Shown piece by piece: positions 46,285 to 56,456 of a stretch of DNA of 64,000 nt (positions within the stretch are counted from its first letter, which is position 1; every line of letters begins with the position of its first letter). The notes beneath the pieces were generated by a model, which was not told the DNA's origin, ran no database searches, and saw only the letters and a program-made list of their open reading frames with translations. Source of the stretch: Candidatus Uhrbacteria bacterium CG10_big_fil_rev_8_21_14_0_10_48_11 (GTDB lineage Bacteria > Patescibacteriota > Patescibacteriia > GWA2-46-9); the NCBI GenBank assembly GCA_002793855.1, contig PFET01000012.1:6222-70221 (forward strand), in the 5' to 3' direction. Position numbers and translations under genes: made by a program.

Positions 46285-47139
46285 TTACGCTTCAATGCCA
46301 AATAGTCGTTTAGCGTTTTTTGCCGTGATACTGCCAACTTCGTCGAATGAGAGTCCTTTAATTTTTGCGAGGTGCGCTGCGGTGTAGGCAACATAGGCCG
46401 GTTCGTTACGTTTTCCACGATGGGGCACCGGTGTCAAATAGGGGCAGTCGGTTTCTACCAGCAATCGCTCAAGCGGTGTACGACGAATGAAGGCGTCCCA
46501 CTGTCCAGAAAAGGTAATGATACCCGAAAAAGAAATTGAAAAACCTAAACTTAGATGCTTTTCAGCTTCTGCTTCGGTACCGGTAAAGCAGTGAATAACC
46601 CCTCGAACGCGATCACCGCGTCTCTGCTGGGCACTTTTGAGCATACGATACACATCGTCATGCGCATCCCGACAATGAATACATAACGGTAAATTAAGAT
46701 CGGCTGCCAGTTCAATCTGCTGCTGAAAAACTTCCTGCTGCTTCTCTCGTACCGCCGTTTGTTCGCTTGGGCTGCCTTCTAACCGATAATAATCAAGGCC
46801 GACTTCACCAATGGCGACTACTTTATCTGATGCTGCCGCAATTGCGCGATAGCGGTCAGAGTCAAAATGTTCTGCTCGGCGCTGAAAACCATCTCCAGAC
46901 GGCGCTCCATTCTCTTCGTTTGGGTCAAAGTATCCGAGAGTGGTATGGATTGGATGAAGACCTATTGCCGCCCAGACGCCAGCGTAGCGCTCAGCAGTTG
47001 TAGCAGCGGCACTACTGGTATCCAGCTGGGTACCAACAAGTAACATCTCAACCTTAGCGGCCAGCGAACGCTTAATCACTTCGTCGCTGTCATGGCGAAA
47101 GGCATTAAAATGGGCGTGAGCGTGAGAATCGAAAAGCAT
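46285..47139 (-). CDS. TatD family nuclease
   Basis: DSHAH, IGEVGLD, IHCR, HCFTG, ETDCPYL. Confidence 0.95.
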   Translation of the reverse strand: MLFDSHAHAHFNAFRHDSDEVIKRSLAAKVEMLLVGTQLDTSSAAATTAERYAGVWAAIGLHPIHTTLGYFDPNEENGAPSGDGFQRRAEHFDSDRYRAIAAASDKVVAIGEVGLDYYRLEGSPSEQTAVREKQQEVFQQQIELAADLNLPLCIHCRDAHDDVYRMLKSAQQRRGDRVRGVIHCFTGTEAEAEKHLSLGFSISFSGIITFSGQWDAFIRRTPLERLLVETDCPYLTPVPHRGKRNEPAYVAYTAAHLAKIKGLSFDEVGSITAKNAKRLFGIEA

Positions 47140-47666
47140 TAGAAATACGATTGCAGTTGACGAAGCGCTTCAGGGAACAGTGGACGCAATATGCTTGATG
47201 CGGATAGTAAATACTGGGCAAGTTGTGAGGCAATAACAGCATCGTTAAAGCCAGTCCATATTGAATACTTACCAGCAATGTAGAGCAATGTACCAAGAAC
47301 AAGTACGCCAAGAATTAAACCAAAAAGAGCGCCGGCAAGATGATTGATACTTTTAAGAAACGGGAGAAAAGCCAAAAAATCAAAAGCCCGTTCAGCAATG
47401 AGCACCACGAAACCAAATAGTCGCCCAACAAGTAAAAAGAGGAGAGCGAAAGAAGCGATGCGTGCTACGCCCTGAAAAGGACCAAATACCCTACCAACAA
47501 GGTCAGCCAATGGCAAATAAAAATGCCCAGCGACAAAGGCAGCAATAATAATGCCGACGATGCCGCCGACGGCCCGAATAAAACCATTGCCAAATCCCCA
47601 AGCCGCAAACCCTAAGAGGAAAATCAGTAAAATAATGTCGAGCGTAAAAAAATGGAAAAGCTCCAT
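47139..47666 (-). CDS. CvpA family membrane protein
   Basis: LDII...GF.NGFIR, INHLAGALFG, S.LA pattern. Confidence 0.85.
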   Translation of the reverse strand: MELFHFFTLDIILLIFLLGFAAWGFGNGFIRAVGGIVGIIIAAFVAGHFYLPLADLVGRVFGPFQGVARIASFALLFLLVGRLFGFVVLIAERAFDFLAFLPFLKSINHLAGALFGLILGVLVLGTLLYIAGKYSIWTGFNDAVIASQLAQYLLSASSILRPLFPEALRQLQSYF

Positions 47667-47669
47667 ACG

Positions 47670-49175
47670 CTAGGCGGTTAATCGGGGGAAAAGTGGGTCA
47701 GTAGTGGCGACCACTGGTCCGTGCGTTTGTGCACCCCAAACGCTCGCCTCCGTAAGCGAACGTTTAAGCTCATCTTGCCACCCGAGAGAAGTAAAGATTT
47801 TCATTGCCGTTTCCGGCATAAATGGCGTTAAGAGCCAAGCGAGCTGACGCAGGCTTTCAATAAGCGTCCCCAATACAACAGCCAACTCATCCGTTTTCTC
47901 GGCATCTTTCTTCAGTGCCCAAGGAGCACATTCGTCAATGTAACGATCTCCTTCCTTTAACACCTGCCAAATTACCTCAAGGACTCGCCCAGGTTCATTT
48001 GCCGCAAAATGCCGATGGTACGATTTCCATGTTTCGTCGAAGACCACCTTTAAATCGTTGCCAACGGTCAGCATCTCTACACCCTTAGTCAAAGCTAGGA
48101 TGCGGCTCACGTAGTTTCCGAGACCGCTCGCAAGGTCGCTGTCATAGCGCCCGGCCAATCGTTCAATAGAAAAATCACCATCGCCTCCAAACGGAATTTC
48201 ACGCAGCAAAAAGTAACGCAAAGCATCTACGCCGTACGTTTCCACAAGATCGCGCGGATCAATTGCGTTACCGAGTGACTTAGAAATTTTTTCTTCTGAA
48301 ATAGTAAAAAAACCATGGGCAAATACCTGCGCTGGTAACGGTAAACCGGCGGAAAGCAACATTGCCGGCCATAAGGCGCAGTGAAACTTGATAATATCTT
48401 TGCCAACCAGATGCATATCCGCTGGCCACCACTTCGCGAATGTTTCGTCGTCCGTGCCATAACCGACCGCAGTAAGATAGTTAATGAGTGCATCAAACCA
48501 AACATAGATGACCTGCGAGGCGTCCCCCGGAACCGGTATCCCCCACCCTTTGGCTGTTCTCGAAATGCTGACGTCTTCTAGATGATCGGTAATGTAGCGC
48601 AACACCTCTTGACGTCGCGAGGCGGGCGCAGCAAAAGTCGGATGCTCGTTGTGATAACGAAGCAGGGCATCTTTATACTTTGAAACTCGGAAGAAATAAT
48701 TTTCTTCTTTTACCAGTTCAGGTTTCCGTTTGTGGAGTGGGCAGAGTCCTTCGGGAGTTAAATCGCTCTCTCGATAAAAAGCCTCGCAGCCAATACAATA
48801 CAACCCTTCATACTGCCCTTTGTAAATATCTCCCGACTGTTCTACTGCCTGCCAAAATTTTTCGACGCCTCGCAGGTGCCGCTCTTCGGTGGTTCGAATA
48901 AAGTCATCATTAGAGATACCAAGCTCATCCCACGTTACCTGCCACAATGCAGACATACGGTCAATGTAGTGCTGCACGTCCGTTTCTCCGGCGGCAGTTG
49001 CTGACTCAACATTTTTTTCCGCATTCTCGTCGGTACCAGTAAGAAACATTGTCGGCTCCCCGATAAGCCGATGATAGCGAGCAATAGTGTCCGCGGAAAA
49101 AGTCGCGTAAGCGTGACCAATGTGCGGACGATCGTTTACGTAATAGATTGGGGTCGTGATATAAAACTTTCTCAT
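47670..49175 (-). CDS. metG: Methionine--tRNA ligase (short form)
   Basis: TTPIYYVN, HIGH, YVWFDAL, KISKS. Confidence 0.97.
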   Translation of the reverse strand: MRKFYITTPIYYVNDRPHIGHAYATFSADTIARYHRLIGEPTMFLTGTDENAEKNVESATAAGETDVQHYIDRMSALWQVTWDELGISNDDFIRTTEERHLRGVEKFWQAVEQSGDIYKGQYEGLYCIGCEAFYRESDLTPEGLCPLHKRKPELVKEENYFFRVSKYKDALLRYHNEHPTFAAPASRRQEVLRYITDHLEDVSISRTAKGWGIPVPGDASQVIYVWFDALINYLTAVGYGTDDETFAKWWPADMHLVGKDIIKFHCALWPAMLLSAGLPLPAQVFAHGFFTISEEKISKSLGNAIDPRDLVETYGVDALRYFLLREIPFGGDGDFSIERLAGRYDSDLASGLGNYVSRILALTKGVEMLTVGNDLKVVFDETWKSYHRHFAANEPGRVLEVIWQVLKEGDRYIDECAPWALKKDAEKTDELAVVLGTLIESLRQLAWLLTPFMPETAMKIFTSLGWQDELKRSLTEASVWGAQTHGPVVATTDPLFPRLTA

Positions 49176-49242
49176 AGTAGTACTGAAATCCTAGCGCGAC
49201 CAAAGCATTTGGTAAAGGCGAGACAAATTAACGAACAAAAAG

Positions 49243-49277
49243 AAAACCACTTCGACGTGGTACGTCGAAGTGGTTTT
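49243..49277 (-). terminator. Terminator after HU gene
   Basis: 16-bp perfect inverted repeat AAAACCACTTCGACGT/ACGTCGAAGTGGTTTT, T-rich continuation on minus strand. Confidence 0.8.
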
Positions 49278-49293
49278 CGCCAAAAAACTAGCT

Positions 49294-49575
49294 TTAAAGG
49301 ACAGCGTCCTTCGCGGCTTTAGCGACGCGGAACTTGACTACCGTCTTTGCCGGAATCTGAATTTCCTCGCCGGTTGCCGGGTTGCGCCCCATACGGGCGT
49401 TCCGGTGAACCTTTACCAGCTTCCCGATGCCAGGCACCAGGAACTCTCCGTTGACCTTAACTTCGCGGTACGCGAGGTCAGTGTAGGCCTCTACGAACGC
49501 AACGACCTCTTTCTTGCTCATACCGGTCTTCTCGGCGAGCGCCTGGAGGACTTGCGATTTTGTCATCTTCGCCAT
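49294..49575 (-). CDS. hup: HU family DNA-binding protein
   Basis: MTKSQ, ARMGRNPATGE, VKFRVAK. Confidence 0.95.
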   Translation of the reverse strand: MAKMTKSQVLQALAEKTGMSKKEVVAFVEAYTDLAYREVKVNGEFLVPGIGKLVKVHRNARMGRNPATGEEIQIPAKTVVKFRVAKAAKDAVL

Positions 49576-49710
49576 AGGCGATAATGGTTAGTTAGTAAAT
49601 GAACAAAGGTATCGGTTGGGCGTAATCTGCTTGGGTGCAAAATTACCTTTCCCCAACTTGAAAACAGTATACAGTAAAGCAAAATAGCCCGCAAATACTA
49701 GCAACCCCAC

Positions 49711-50385
49711 CTAGCGCTCTGGACCAACGACGACCGTGTACTCTCCTCTTGGCGATTCCTCCTTGGCTGCTGCCAATATTTCCGAAGCAGCACCTCGTCT
49801 AATCGTTTCAAATTGCTTTGTCAGCTCTCGACAAATCACTAACTGCCTGTTAGGGCAGCGTTCGGCTAACGAAACGAGCGCCTTTAAAATACGATGCGGG
49901 GCTTCGTAAAAAATAACTGAATCTTTGCTGTCAGCAACGCGATCGAAGAACGTTTTTCTCCCTTTCTTGTGTGGCGGATAGCCCAAAAAAAGAAACGAAT
50001 CCATAGGAAAACCACAGACTGATGCCGCCGCCGCCATGGCGCTCGGTCCGGGAATCGGCGTAATTGAAATAGTGGAGCCAAATCGTGCAAATGCTTCGGC
50101 AACAAACAAGCCACCAGGATCACTAATGCCTGGGGTGCCAGCGTCGGTAACTAGCGCCACGTCACCGTTCGCGAGATACTCAAGCAATCGTTCTCTTTTT
50201 TGTTTTACCGTATGCTGATGGTACGAAATAACGGTTGGATTTGCGCCAATGTGTTGCAATAAAATCCTTGTCCGGCGGGTGTCTTCTGCGAGTACAACTG
50301 GAACCGTGCTGAGAACGAAACGCGCGCGACCGGTAAGATCGTCCAGGTTGCCAATAGGCGTCGCAACGACAAACAGCGTACTCAT
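49711..50385 (-). CDS. rsmI: 16S rRNA C1402 2'-O-methyltransferase
   Basis: ATPIGNL, EDTRRT, DAGTPGISDPG, RELTKQFE. Confidence 0.96.
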   Translation of the reverse strand: MSTLFVVATPIGNLDDLTGRARFVLSTVPVVLAEDTRRTRILLQHIGANPTVISYHQHTVKQKRERLLEYLANGDVALVTDAGTPGISDPGGLFVAEAFARFGSTISITPIPGPSAMAAAASVCGFPMDSFLFLGYPPHKKGRKTFFDRVADSKDSVIFYEAPHRILKALVSLAERCPNRQLVICRELTKQFETIRRGAASEILAAAKEESPRGEYTVVVGPER

Positions 50386-51305
50386 GCCGCAACCTCTTCA
50401 AGATACTCTTCCGCTTGCATTGCCGCCTTGCAACCCATACCTGCAGCAGTAACCGCCTGGCGATAGGTTCTATCATGTACATCTCCAGCAACAAACACAC
50501 CCTCGACAGAAGTATGAACTCCATCTTTACTCTCAATGTAGCCTTGATCGTCGAGGGCAAGACTGCCAACAAACGGCTTCGTGTTCGGTATATGCCCAAT
50601 GGCAACAAAAAGTCCGGCAACCGCTAGCTTTTCCGCATCTCCCGCCTCAGCAGGAGCTAACCGTAGACCAGAAACCACCATTTCACCAAGCACCTCTTCT
50701 ACTGCCCAGCCAAGTTTTAACGTAATGTTTTCTGCTGACCGTAAACGATCCTGTAGTATCTTTTGAGCGCGTAGTTCTGTACGACGGTGAATAAGCGTAA
50801 CGTGACTGGCAAGTTTAGCAAGGTAGAGCGCCTCCTTGGCAGCACTATCCCCACCCCCCACAATGGCAACGTCTTTACCCTTAAAAAAATAACCGTCGCA
50901 CACCGCACAGCTTGACACCCCTTTGCCGATGAGACGTTGCTCAGAAGGCAAATCTAGCCAACGGGCGCTAGCCCCCGTAGCAACGATAATACTTCTTGCG
51001 CTATATTCTGTACTGCCAGCCATCATGGTAAATGGTCGATTGGCAACATTAATACTAGCAACGGATGCACTGAGAAATTCTGCACCAAACCGTTCTGCCT
51101 GTGCCCGCATTTTTTCCATCAAGTCCTGACCTAACACCCCTTCCGGAAAACCAGGATAATCCTCAACCTCAGAAGTTAGGGTAAGTTGTCCCCCTGGCTC
51201 TGGCCCGCTAATCACAAGTGGTGAAAGCGAAGCACGACTGGCATAAATGGCTGCCGTCAAACCTGCCGGACCAGAACCGATGATGATAAGATTGCGTTTA
51301 TTCAT
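50382..51305 (-). CDS. trxB: Thioredoxin reductase
   Basis: GSGPAG, CAVCDG, GGGDSA, AGDV...YRQAVTAAG. Confidence 0.96.
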   Translation of the reverse strand: MNKRNLIIIGSGPAGLTAAIYASRASLSPLVISGPEPGGQLTLTSEVEDYPGFPEGVLGQDLMEKMRAQAERFGAEFLSASVASINVANRPFTMMAGSTEYSARSIIVATGASARWLDLPSEQRLIGKGVSSCAVCDGYFFKGKDVAIVGGGDSAAKEALYLAKLASHVTLIHRRTELRAQKILQDRLRSAENITLKLGWAVEEVLGEMVVSGLRLAPAEAGDAEKLAVAGLFVAIGHIPNTKPFVGSLALDDQGYIESKDGVHTSVEGVFVAGDVHDRTYRQAVTAAGMGCKAAMQAEEYLEEVAA

Positions 51306-51352
51306 AATGATACCGATAGATGACTAAACTAACGCTAGTGTACCTCGCTACC

Positions 51353-52363
51353 CTACTGCCGTAAACCGCTTCGTATAAACGATGGGTCGATGATATCACG
51401 CACCACCTGTCCTATAGGCTTAGTCAAGTACCCAGCCCTAAAATCAATAAACTCCTGACTGCTGCGATAAAGAGAGAGTAAATCGTCAGTATAGGTAAAA
51501 GCAATTGCATTATCGTTAAAATTGTACAGCTTAATACTGGTGAGAGAACGCTCAACATCGGTTATCGTAGTACCACCCACAACGGCAATTACCGCCAACA
51601 TCTCGCGCCTCGAATGACTGTCTTTTTTTAGTTCAGCAATACCATCAAACCATGCGCCAAGAAAGGTCTGCACTGCCGAACGATTATTTTCAATGGCATC
51701 CTCCCGAAAGGCAATAACATCTGGTATGAATCCGGGGAGCGAGGCAGAAGAAAAAAGTACGGTACTCTCTGGTCTTCGCAAGGCCTGATCGAGAAAGGGT
51801 TGAAAACTTACGACCGCATCCACCTCTCCCTTTAGAAATGCCTGTGGTACCGCCTCAGCCATTGTTGGAACACTGATAACGTCAGCAATGCTAAGGTTAT
51901 TTTCCTGTAACACCTCGCGCAATAAAAGCTCATCGTAACTCCCCGCCTCATAGGCTACCCGTTTCCCTTTTAAGTCCGCCACTGAAATGATACCCGATGC
52001 CGCGACAATGCCATCTGCTCCTGATGAATAGTCCACACCAGCAACCACGCGCATTGGAAACCCACTAAGCGTTAGTTTAATGGGTGCTGAAAGCGGAAAC
52101 ACTCCCCCGTCTGCCTCTCCGGTTTGCACGGCACGTAATGCAGCTTCGTAATCTTCACCTACGTTTATAATTTTCACATTCAATCCGCGACCAGCAAAAA
52201 AATTACGCGAAGCTACCGCCGAGACTAATTGCGCTGTCGTCCAGGAGGTTACAACGAATTTCAAGGCTACCGGTTGACGATACTGTTGGTATGATTGCCA
52301 ACCAAAAACGGCAAGCAAGCCAACAATCACCAGTGTGGCAAAACTGCCAACAAGTCGCATCAT
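51353..52363 (-). CDS. Membrane-anchored SsuA/NMT1-type substrate-binding protein
   Basis: DYSSGADGIV, ADLKGKRVA, GEVDAVV..PF; N-terminal TM. Confidence 0.8.
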   Translation of the reverse strand: MMRLVGSFATLVIVGLLAVFGWQSYQQYRQPVALKFVVTSWTTAQLVSAVASRNFFAGRGLNVKIINVGEDYEAALRAVQTGEADGGVFPLSAPIKLTLSGFPMRVVAGVDYSSGADGIVAASGIISVADLKGKRVAYEAGSYDELLLREVLQENNLSIADVISVPTMAEAVPQAFLKGEVDAVVSFQPFLDQALRRPESTVLFSSASLPGFIPDVIAFREDAIENNRSAVQTFLGAWFDGIAELKKDSHSRREMLAVIAVVGGTTITDVERSLTSIKLYNFNDNAIAFTYTDDLLSLYRSSQEFIDFRAGYLTKPIGQVVRDIIDPSFIRSGLRQ

Positions 52364-52368
52364 AGTAG

Positions 52369-54009
52369 CTACACAATATCTTCCCGTTTTTCACGGAAGA
52401 AACCAAGTACGTCCTCAGATACTAACAAAAAAGCTTTGATAGGAGCTTCGAGAAAATAATCAAAAAAGTAGAGAAACACATTAAAGCGGGAGGAAGTAAG
52501 GGCAATCCACCGCCCCACTTTCAAAATAGGTAATGACAATAAATCAACAAGCGACGTAAGAAAAGTGTCTCGCCGTCGTTCCACAAACAAATCACGGACA
52601 GGCTGACGAATGCGAAGGGCAAAGAAAGAAACGATACTAAGAAAGAAAAGAAAAAAGAGAACACCCACCAAAGTGAAGCCGAAGGTGCTGAGTGTTGCGG
52701 TAATAAAACCAAACGTCAAAGCAAAAGCGATACTATAGATAAAGGTCAGTGCTCCCGTCGATACCGCAGAGGCGCGCCGAGGCGCCCGTAATTCGGGGAA
52801 AATTCTTCCGGCACCCCCGTATTTTATTGTCTCTGAAAGTCGGAGAACGACTTCGGTATTCTTTTCCTGAGGGAATCGCATCGTCAACGTCAATAGAAAC
52901 ATAAGAATTGGAGGAAATGACAAGTTCGTAATGAGTGGTGTCGTTGCTATTGCCCCATAAAGTAATGCCTCGATAGGTGCTTCCAGAAGAAGTGCTACCA
53001 AAATTTTTGTAAGAAAAATATATATTATGGCGCGCAAAGCGCTAGTATAAAGTCGTCCACGGGCCGCGCGATAATAACGCGTACAAATCTCCCTAACGGT
53101 TGTTTCAAATCGATTAGTATCACTAAGTAATAATTCGGCGCTAGAGAGATCATCCTTGATGACATCGTAGAGTGCATGGAAAATAAGTGATCGACGCCGA
53201 AGAGCACGATAAAACCGATCACTCGCTGGGTGAGTAATGGCTCGCTCAATTTCTTTGTGATGATGAAGCAATTCGGGAACGATACGCTCTGCGTCTGCAG
53301 GGGAAAATTGATGCCAGTTTTTCATGCGACGCCGTAGCAAAAGAAATCTAATTTTTGGCAAATCAAGTGAAAAGAGCGCCCGATAGGCAGCAACATATTC
53401 TAACGTTGCTCTGTCTTCGTCGCTGAGTCGCCACGCTGCCAAAGGACGGTCTCGGTCAAGTGAAGCACGGACAAGATTTACCAATGCTTCCTCTTCTGGT
53501 GTCGGCACCAAAAAAGCATCGAGTTCTGCTGCTGCCACGCCGGTCAACCACTGTAAAATTTCAGCACAATTATTGATCGGCGTTTGATTGATGACAGCAA
53601 ACAACGATGCGTAGCGGTCAAGAATAATCTGCACCCTAGGAATTACTGATTCTGAAACTGCATCGTTCTTTAAGTACTGAGCATGCACGAATTCAACCAA
53701 CAACGATCTTGCTGACCCATTAATTTCGCCGGAAGAAAACCGACGACGTAATATGCGCTGAAAAGCGTGCCGACGAAGAAGGTGCTCCTCGTGGTAGTCA
53801 ACACTGTAACGAAGTCGTTCGTAAAAATGTGCCGCGTGAGACACTGCGCTCGAAACATGTATAACCGGCTCACCTTCCGTTACTTCGTAAGGTGCCTTTC
53901 CTTGCCGCAAGGTTTGTATAAAATCCTGAACCGGCCGCGCTAACTGGCGGTCAGAAAATGGCTCTTCGTTTGGCGTCTCGCCCTTCTTGGTAAACGCTGA
54001 GATAGGCAT
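52369..54009 (-). CDS. Hypothetical membrane protein (546 aa)
   Basis: Large helical N-terminal domain (YERLRY...EHLLRR), C-terminal TM helices. Confidence 0.8.
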   Translation of the reverse strand: MPISAFTKKGETPNEEPFSDRQLARPVQDFIQTLRQGKAPYEVTEGEPVIHVSSAVSHAAHFYERLRYSVDYHEEHLLRRHAFQRILRRRFSSGEINGSARSLLVEFVHAQYLKNDAVSESVIPRVQIILDRYASLFAVINQTPINNCAEILQWLTGVAAAELDAFLVPTPEEEALVNLVRASLDRDRPLAAWRLSDEDRATLEYVAAYRALFSLDLPKIRFLLLRRRMKNWHQFSPADAERIVPELLHHHKEIERAITHPASDRFYRALRRRSLIFHALYDVIKDDLSSAELLLSDTNRFETTVREICTRYYRAARGRLYTSALRAIIYIFLTKILVALLLEAPIEALLYGAIATTPLITNLSFPPILMFLLTLTMRFPQEKNTEVVLRLSETIKYGGAGRIFPELRAPRRASAVSTGALTFIYSIAFALTFGFITATLSTFGFTLVGVLFFLFFLSIVSFFALRIRQPVRDLFVERRRDTFLTSLVDLLSLPILKVGRWIALTSSRFNVFLYFFDYFLEAPIKAFLLVSEDVLGFFREKREDIV

Positions 54010-54048
54010 AACTACAGTATACGTGAATATGGCTTCTGAAGAAACTGA

Positions 54049-55956
54049 CTAAGTTTCATATCGATTTTCTGCCCACCAATTAATAATATCATGCGCCACT
54101 GGCACAGCGTAGGTGCTACCTTCACCAGCCTCTTCCAGCAACACAACGACGACAATTTGCGGCTTGTCGTAAGGAGCAAACCCGGTAAACCACGCATGCG
54201 GCTTATGGTCACCTCCGAGTTCAGCCGTTCCAGTTTTTCCGGCAACCGCTACTGGCAAACTATTTAGGTAGCGCGCGCTACCACTGGTAACCGCTGCCCG
54301 CAATCCGCCACGTACGGCTGCGATGGTTGCCGCCGAAACAACATTCTCGGCAACTTTTGGGTCAGGAAATGCTACAGGATTAGGTCCAGCGCTATCGAGT
54401 AACAGATGGGGACGATAAAGAGTGCCTCCATTTGCAAGCACAGAAAGTGCCGCCGCCATTTCAATAGGAGTGACGAGAATATCTCCCTGTCCAATCGCCG
54501 CGTGGTATGTGTCACCGATGTACCACCGCTCGCCCTTCACTGACTGTTTCCATGCTGGATCAGGTATCAAACCAGAAACTTCACCTGGTAAATCAATACC
54601 AGTCGGCGACCCGAGTCCAAATTTACGAGCGTACTCGCCAATTTTTTCAATGCCGAGTCCTGTAAAATCTTGATAACCACCACCGATAATATAGAAAAAA
54701 GTATTCACGGAATCGGCCAACGCCTTGGTGACGTTCGTAATGCCATGACCTCCCGCCTTCCAATCGGGAAAGAACCACTGCCCGACTCGAATACCACCCG
54801 TACTGAGGAAACTCGTCTTTGGAGTAATGATGCCTTCCTCGAGTGCGCCAGCGGCTATAACCGGCTTAATAATAGAACCCGATGGGTAGCGACCCTGAAT
54901 GGCTCTATTAAACAATGGGCGGTCGGGATTGGTTAAGAGATCTTGGTACGCCGTCGGCGATAAACCAAGGGTGAACTGATCAGCATCAAACGATGGCTCA
55001 CTAACCATAGTCAGCACCTGACCGTTGCGTGGGTCGAGAACAATCACTGCGCCCTTCGTTACCTTGGCACGCGCCAAACCTTTTTTAAATGAAGCCTCCG
55101 CTACGTTCTGTAAATCGGTATCAATTGTTAACCAGCTATTCGTTCCCGGTGTTGGTTCTACTTGTGCAAATTTTTTCTGCTCTGCTCCAAGCGCGTCCAC
55201 TTCAACCTCCTTGTACCCGTCGCTACCGCGAAGCGTCTCATCGTAAACAGCTTCAATACCACTCTTACCGATAACGTCTTCAATGGCATAACGACCGGTT
55301 GTCAAATCTTTGTCAGTTACATCCGCAACGTAGCCAACGACGTGACTCAAGCTCACCGCCGAACCGTCATCGTTTGGATACGCTCGACGCGGCGTTGTAA
55401 GTACCCGTACCCCCGGTAGCGAGCGCGTTACGAGGTCTATCGTCTGCCCTTCTTCGGTTGGCACATTTGCGCGAATAATAACTGGCTCGATGCCATTCTT
55501 CTTGGCCGTAGAGAGCTGCCCCCAAGAAGTCTCTAGTGCGTCGGCGCTCTGCTGCGCGGGACCGGCAATTTTTTCAAATAGCGCGCGCCGTTCTGTGCCG
55601 TCACGTGGTACATCAAAAGGAATGAGCGCTAGAGATAGCTGCGGCACGTTTTGCGTTAACAATCTTCCGTAGCGATCATGGACGATGCCGCGTGGCGCCG
55701 GAAGCGTGTAATGCCGAATACGGTTGCCCTCAGCCAGCGCTAAGTAGTGACTACCATTGAGAATCTGTAGGGTGCCCGCTCGAAACAGCAGTGCTAGCAA
55801 GCTAACAAAAACAGCAACAACAGCGATGGTCAGCTGTCGTTTATTTAGTGGCCGACCTACGTAATGCGCTAAAGACGGCCGATCAACGTAGTCAACCCAC
55901 GAGACCTTCCGTCGTTCAACGGGGATGCCAGAATCAAAGTCAGGAAAAGGATTCAT
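54049..55956 (-). CDS. mrdA: Penicillin-binding protein 2
   Basis: SIIK (SxxK), SVN (SxN), KTGT; in mreBCD operon. Confidence 0.95.
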   Translation of the reverse strand: MNPFPDFDSGIPVERRKVSWVDYVDRPSLAHYVGRPLNKRQLTIAVVAVFVSLLALLFRAGTLQILNGSHYLALAEGNRIRHYTLPAPRGIVHDRYGRLLTQNVPQLSLALIPFDVPRDGTERRALFEKIAGPAQQSADALETSWGQLSTAKKNGIEPVIIRANVPTEEGQTIDLVTRSLPGVRVLTTPRRAYPNDDGSAVSLSHVVGYVADVTDKDLTTGRYAIEDVIGKSGIEAVYDETLRGSDGYKEVEVDALGAEQKKFAQVEPTPGTNSWLTIDTDLQNVAEASFKKGLARAKVTKGAVIVLDPRNGQVLTMVSEPSFDADQFTLGLSPTAYQDLLTNPDRPLFNRAIQGRYPSGSIIKPVIAAGALEEGIITPKTSFLSTGGIRVGQWFFPDWKAGGHGITNVTKALADSVNTFFYIIGGGYQDFTGLGIEKIGEYARKFGLGSPTGIDLPGEVSGLIPDPAWKQSVKGERWYIGDTYHAAIGQGDILVTPIEMAAALSVLANGGTLYRPHLLLDSAGPNPVAFPDPKVAENVVSAATIAAVRGGLRAAVTSGSARYLNSLPVAVAGKTGTAELGGDHKPHAWFTGFAPYDKPQIVVVVLLEEAGEGSTYAVPVAHDIINWWAENRYET

Positions 55957-56456
55957 AGAAGACGAAAAGGAAATGAAAGTTGGTGCGGGTGCGGTCGCCG
56001 TCTAATAAAACCAGCGAACAATGCGGCGACTAGCATACCCAGTAGCCAATTTAGCAAACTCATCGAATACGTAATTTCTGCTGGATTTAATTGCGCCATC
56101 AAGTTGCTTACCAAGAGTACGGTACCAATATAGGCCGCGTAGGCAAGACTACCGGAAACCACATCTACAATCAACGAACGGTTTGTTAAAAAAAAGAGTA
56201 GACCACCATAAAGAAGTGCAAAAATAAAAGAGGCGGAGAGTGAGGACAGAACTGGGGCGAGTAGCACGCTGTCGTGCCACATACCACCCAGCAAGGTAAT
56301 GACGGCTCCCTGCCACCAAGGAAAAACACTAAACACCAGCAGAAGAACCAGCGGATAGAACGCAATCGAGGCAACTGATGAGGGAAACATACCAAGCACC
56401 GCCGACTCAAAATACGGCGTCAATAGCACCAGTGCGATAGTGAGACTACGCTCCAT
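55953..56456 (-). CDS. mreD: MreD-like membrane protein
   Basis: Hydrophobic 167 aa between mreC and pbp2, GGMWHD motif; call rests mainly on position. Confidence 0.65.
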   Translation of the reverse strand: MERSLTIALVLLTPYFESAVLGMFPSSVASIAFYPLVLLLVFSVFPWWQGAVITLLGGMWHDSVLLAPVLSSLSASFIFALLYGGLLFFLTNRSLIVDVVSGSLAYAAYIGTVLLVSNLMAQLNPAEITYSMSLLNWLLGMLVAALFAGFIRRRPHPHQLSFPFRLL

